This document shows positions 52,007-55,287 of a stretch of DNA of 55,287 bases, one piece after another. Where the stretch lies: positions 1 to 55,287 of the forward strand of contig QPGO01000323.1 in NCBI GenBank assembly GCA_008632985.1. Direction: 5' to 3'. Origin of the DNA: Psammoneis japonica (lineage: Eukaryota). The notes under the pieces were generated by a model. It had not been told where the DNA came from. It made no database searches and saw only the letters and a list, made by a program, of their open reading frames with translations. Each line of letters begins with the position of its first letter. The first letter of the stretch is position 1. A program made the translations under genes and the position numbers.

Positions 52007-53506
52007 ATGGACGACATGGCAAACAATTGGGGGTGCAATTTGGTTGCCGTTAGCCTGCGTGGCTTAAAACGCAATGGCAAAGATTTGATGAATTCTTCCA
52101 TGGACATTGGCCATCACAAGCAGTTGGAAGAAGTCATTTTTCGTCACTTTGATGGTGAATTGCTGCTGCACAAAGTGATGCCAAACGGCTCCGATGCAAA
52201 TTTGTTTGCAATTAATTCTGTGACGGGAGGTTGTGTGGCCGGCGATCATGGGCCTGTCCACTGTTGGACTGCCAGCACGTTCAGTGCAGAACATGGTCCG
52301 AGCACGGCAATGCACCCAGATGACGTGTTTAACTCTTTTACACGCAATCACACCATTGCGCTGCCGCATCATGTGCCAGGCACTCTGAGCTCCGCGGAGC
52401 TCAGTGAGCACGAAAACGATTGTCTCAACCACATTCATCTCCGTTGTTTGATGCAGGCTGTAAAGAAGGTGCCAATCACTGCATTGTTTTTAGAATTGAT
52501 GCTGGCAAACAATGGCGCAACACTCAGCGACAACTTTCTAGAATCTCTCGGTCGGTTGGCTCACCACCATTCCTTTGAGATTGTTGTTGATGAAATTGTG
52601 ACGGGCGGACGCAGTGGATGCATGCTGTCATGCCTGGCCAAACCCAAGCATTTTGTTGATGCTGTTGCCTGTGTTGCCATGGGCAAATGGCTGCAAGCTG
52701 GCACAGTTTTAGCAAAACCCGATCGTTGCAATCGGTTTTGCAGCATGACATCATCTCTTCCCAATCGTGGTGCCTCCACGGGCATGGATTGCAAACAAAC
52801 TGTCATGACATGGAAGACTGCAACTTCACAGTTTCATCTTACAGCCGAGCGTCAACAAACTGTCCTGAAGAAACTCAAAGTGACAGAGCAAGATGCGTGG
52901 GGCAGCGGCTTGCTTGTGTTTGCTCCTGTGAAACGAAGTGATCTGACACCAGTGATCAAGAATCGTTTCCTTCCTTTGCTTTGCGCCGCCCCATTGGACA
53001 ACGTGAAAGTCCAAAAGCACGATCAGTGGACGAAGCCTCTTGTGAGCCAATGCATTGTTGATGGGTGCCGCTGTTGGTCAAACGCACACCCGCACACGGA
53101 CGAGGAAATGAGCGGCACACACAAATTGCTCAGTCATTTTGCGGATCAACCCGCGGGCACGTGTTTTCAAACTAAGGGGCTCATGATGAATGTCCTTGGT
53201 GGGAAGCCTCACACACTGCCGCAAACGTGCCAACTGTTGCGTGCTGCAGAAAAGGCCGGGCTTGTTGGCAAAACATTGGTGACTTGCAAATGCCTGCATG
53301 CCTGGAAATCGTTGGCCCCGACAACCATGTCAAGCAAGAAGAACCAACCTGCAATTGCATTGTCTTGCCGCTTGCGTTTGTGCAACCTTGTTTGGACAGC
53401 CTTCGGCATTTCAAAAAAAACTGCTTCCTCCACTGCTGATTTTGGATCTTCTGCCAGTGCATCTGTTTCAAATGTGTCATTCCCTGAACACCAATTCAAC
53501 CACTGA
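52007..53506 (+). pseudogene. Class-III PLP-dependent aminotransferase-like gene
   Basis: NGSDANLFAI, ALFLELML, IVVDEIVTGGRSG and VAMGKWLQAG match the SGSEAN / EP / DEVxTGxGRxG / GK signature. No Tyr in 499 aa. Confidence 0.7.
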
Positions 53507-54306
53507 ATGTCTTTTGCCGGAAGAGCAAATTCATGATTGGAGTTGAAGATCCAACCACCATGCAAAGCAGTGCAATGATTGTTTGTCAACCGACAAAGAA
53601 CGATGTCATCGGCAACGCAGGTGTTCAAATCGAAGAATCCCCTCTTGCCAGCTGCCATTTTCTGACGCTTCTTGCATGCGCACCACTTCATTGATGCAGC
53701 CAGTGGAGGACAAAGCTTCTGCTTTTGTCCCAACAACATGCCAATGGCGAACTCCAACCATTTGTTGTTGGTGTTCTCTGATCTGCAAGAATGGTCCATG
53801 CAATTCACAACATGTCGCTCCATCCTTTCATCTCCAATGTAATTTGGGACACTGGCCAGGCTTGAAAACACGCACGTGTCTTTCTCCCCTTGTTGATGTT
53901 TGACTGGGGGTCCCGAGCTGGGAAATTCCAGCCCGCTTTTGTCTGACACGTGACCCTCCGGCAGTCTGCACCATTTCTTCCCTGGTTCCCAATCACACAT
54001 GGCCTTGTGCACTGTGGGACATCGCTGCTGAAAATTGGCTCTTGCCCACTCCATGGTGTGACAGCGCGGTTTCTTCCTTGTGCCAACCCCCACGAATGCT
54101 GGCGTTCCCTCCGGACCTTCAAAATCATCATCGGCTGCAAGCCCCTCCTTCGTTGGCTCCTTCTCTGTCAGCCGTCTCACTTTGTGAACCTGGCCATTGT
54201 TCATTGCGTGATCAGCTCTTTTGCCAATTTGCCTCTTTTGTCTGGCATTGAATTTCACTCTTGTGTTGGGTTGCTTTTTTGGCTTCCTCAATTGCGGCTC
54301 GAACAA
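53500..54306 (-). pseudogene. Protein with a C-terminal papain-like (C39-like) peptidase domain
   Basis: QQ....CVFSSLAS ... HCTAL ... WIFNSN gives the Q-C-H-D/N order of papain-fold proteases. Confidence 0.55.
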
Positions 54307-54360
54307 GGTTCATCTTCCCTCCTCCAATGTCCCCTGTCATTCGTCGCTCCAAAATGGTCT

Positions 54361-55140
54361 TCAGCAAATGTTCTGCCGTGCTTGAAATCTTCGAACCATC
54401 CACACAAAACTGGCTGGCACCTCACTTTCATCCGGCCGTGTGGCCCGATCGACCCACTCAAAGCCATGCAGCCGTTCCAATTCTTTGGCATCCTCACAGC
54501 ACATCCTCGCCTCATGACGTAGATCTTGACATTTCTTGTCCCCAGCAGACAACACTTTTCTTCGTGACACAAGGAGACCTTGATCTTCTGGCTCCGATTC
54601 GGACTCCTCTTCCTCTGGGTCACCATCTCCCTCTTGTGGTTTCGGCTCCGTCTTTTCTCTCTTGTTTCCCCTGGCAGAGAATTTTTTGTCAAGCATCGCC
54701 TCCTTCGCCAGCTCTGTAAAACGACATTGTCGGAACAACCGATTGATCTGGTGCCAATGCAGTTGTTCCGCTTCTTTGCACCAAATTGCAGTGTGTCGCA
54801 AAGGTGGCAGAAAGAAATCCTTTTTGTTCAACCGCACTTGGCATTTCTCTGGGTCCTTCAGAGTTTCTCTGTCTTCTTGTGCAGCGCCAATCAGCAGTTC
54901 GCACACTGCACTTTTGCTTTGTGCAGTGCAAATGGGGCACTTGCCCGGAACACACATTGCATGATCACAGCAAGGTCCCGCAAGGGCTGAAAACAAAGTT
55001 GCTGCTGGTGACAGTCCACCTTGATCTTCCTGGTTGCAGTCGATGGGAAACACCATGTTGCACGTGCTGCACTTCAAATGGATGCTTTCAAGAAGTTGGC
55101 GTGTGGCTCCATCATCACCCAAAGGCATTTCCATTTCCAT
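54361..55140 (-). pseudogene. Unknown ORF with CxxC motifs and an acidic linker
   Basis: CSTC...CDHAMC..CPIC (RING-like spacing). It probably belongs to the same frameshifted gene as 53500-54306. Confidence 0.35.
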
Positions 55141-55287
55141 GTCTTCATCTGAATCGCTCCGACTCCGTTGGCGACACTTGGGGTTGAGAACATGCTTCCG
55201 GTCATCAGTTCCCGACTCCGCAGTTGCGCCAAACTTGCCCCTTCACACATTTCGCTCTTGAGCTGGCTCAAAGTCCTCGATCGAAAC

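Larger units (their letters stand above)
41737..52206 (+). repeat. 5233-bp tandem duplication (41737-46969 and 46970-52202)
   Basis: Constant offset of 5233. TGTT microhomology at 41737, 46970 and 52203. Confidence 0.95.

Noticed and set aside
52007..53506. Assigning a specific gene symbol (argD, gabT, bioA) or calling the gene functional
   Set aside because: Only fold-level motifs are recognisable, and the ORF is fully Tyr-depleted with an eroded stop.
92..55271. Hundreds of short or antisense ORFs, and metallothionein-like Cys-rich proteins, as real genes
   Set aside because: They are explained by loss of TAA/TAG stops and the TG/CA excess; no family motifs were recognised.
1..55287. Alternative genetic code (TGY or CAY read as Tyr)
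   Set aside because: Both Cys and His replace Tyr, differently in sister copies. TA is also lost across codon boundaries and in LTRs, and Ile/Leu/Val codons containing TA are altered too.
1..55287. Classical fungal RIP, or APOBEC/ADAR editing of retroelement intermediates
   Set aside because: RIP and APOBEC give C>T and RIP creates TA. ADAR-type editing would be strand-biased and would not affect DNA-transposon ends or act independently on two LTRs.

Overview
Eukaryotic transposon graveyard, most likely from a diatom (inferred from CoDi-type Ty1/copia, diatom-type LINE and gypsy protein motifs). No intact host gene was recognised. Contents, in order: a tandem-duplicated, integrase-deleted copia family A array (1-9008, minus); a LINE (about 9854-25200) with a 1.7-kb internal duplication, interrupted by a complete copia family B element (15538-22466); a complete copia A element (27858-34692); a gypsy remnant; mosaics of unidentified repeat modules; the 5' part of a third copia (C). 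Copia C is cut by a CACTA-like DNA-transposon end, followed by a cluster of unusual genes (class-III aminotransferase-like, papain-like protease, Cys-rich proteins) that is partly inside a 5233-bp tandem duplication. The main signal is a window-wide, double-stranded, post-insertion hypermutation that removes TpA (TA>TG or TA>CA, i.e. A:T>G:C). Almost every Tyr has become Cys or His, and TAA/TAG stops are lost. Sister copies and paired LTRs resolved the same TA independently. Surviving TAs are mostly YTAR or next to a CpG (TACG). This looks like a 'reverse-RIP' genome-defence or heterochromatin mutator that I cannot match to a described system. All counts were made by eye.
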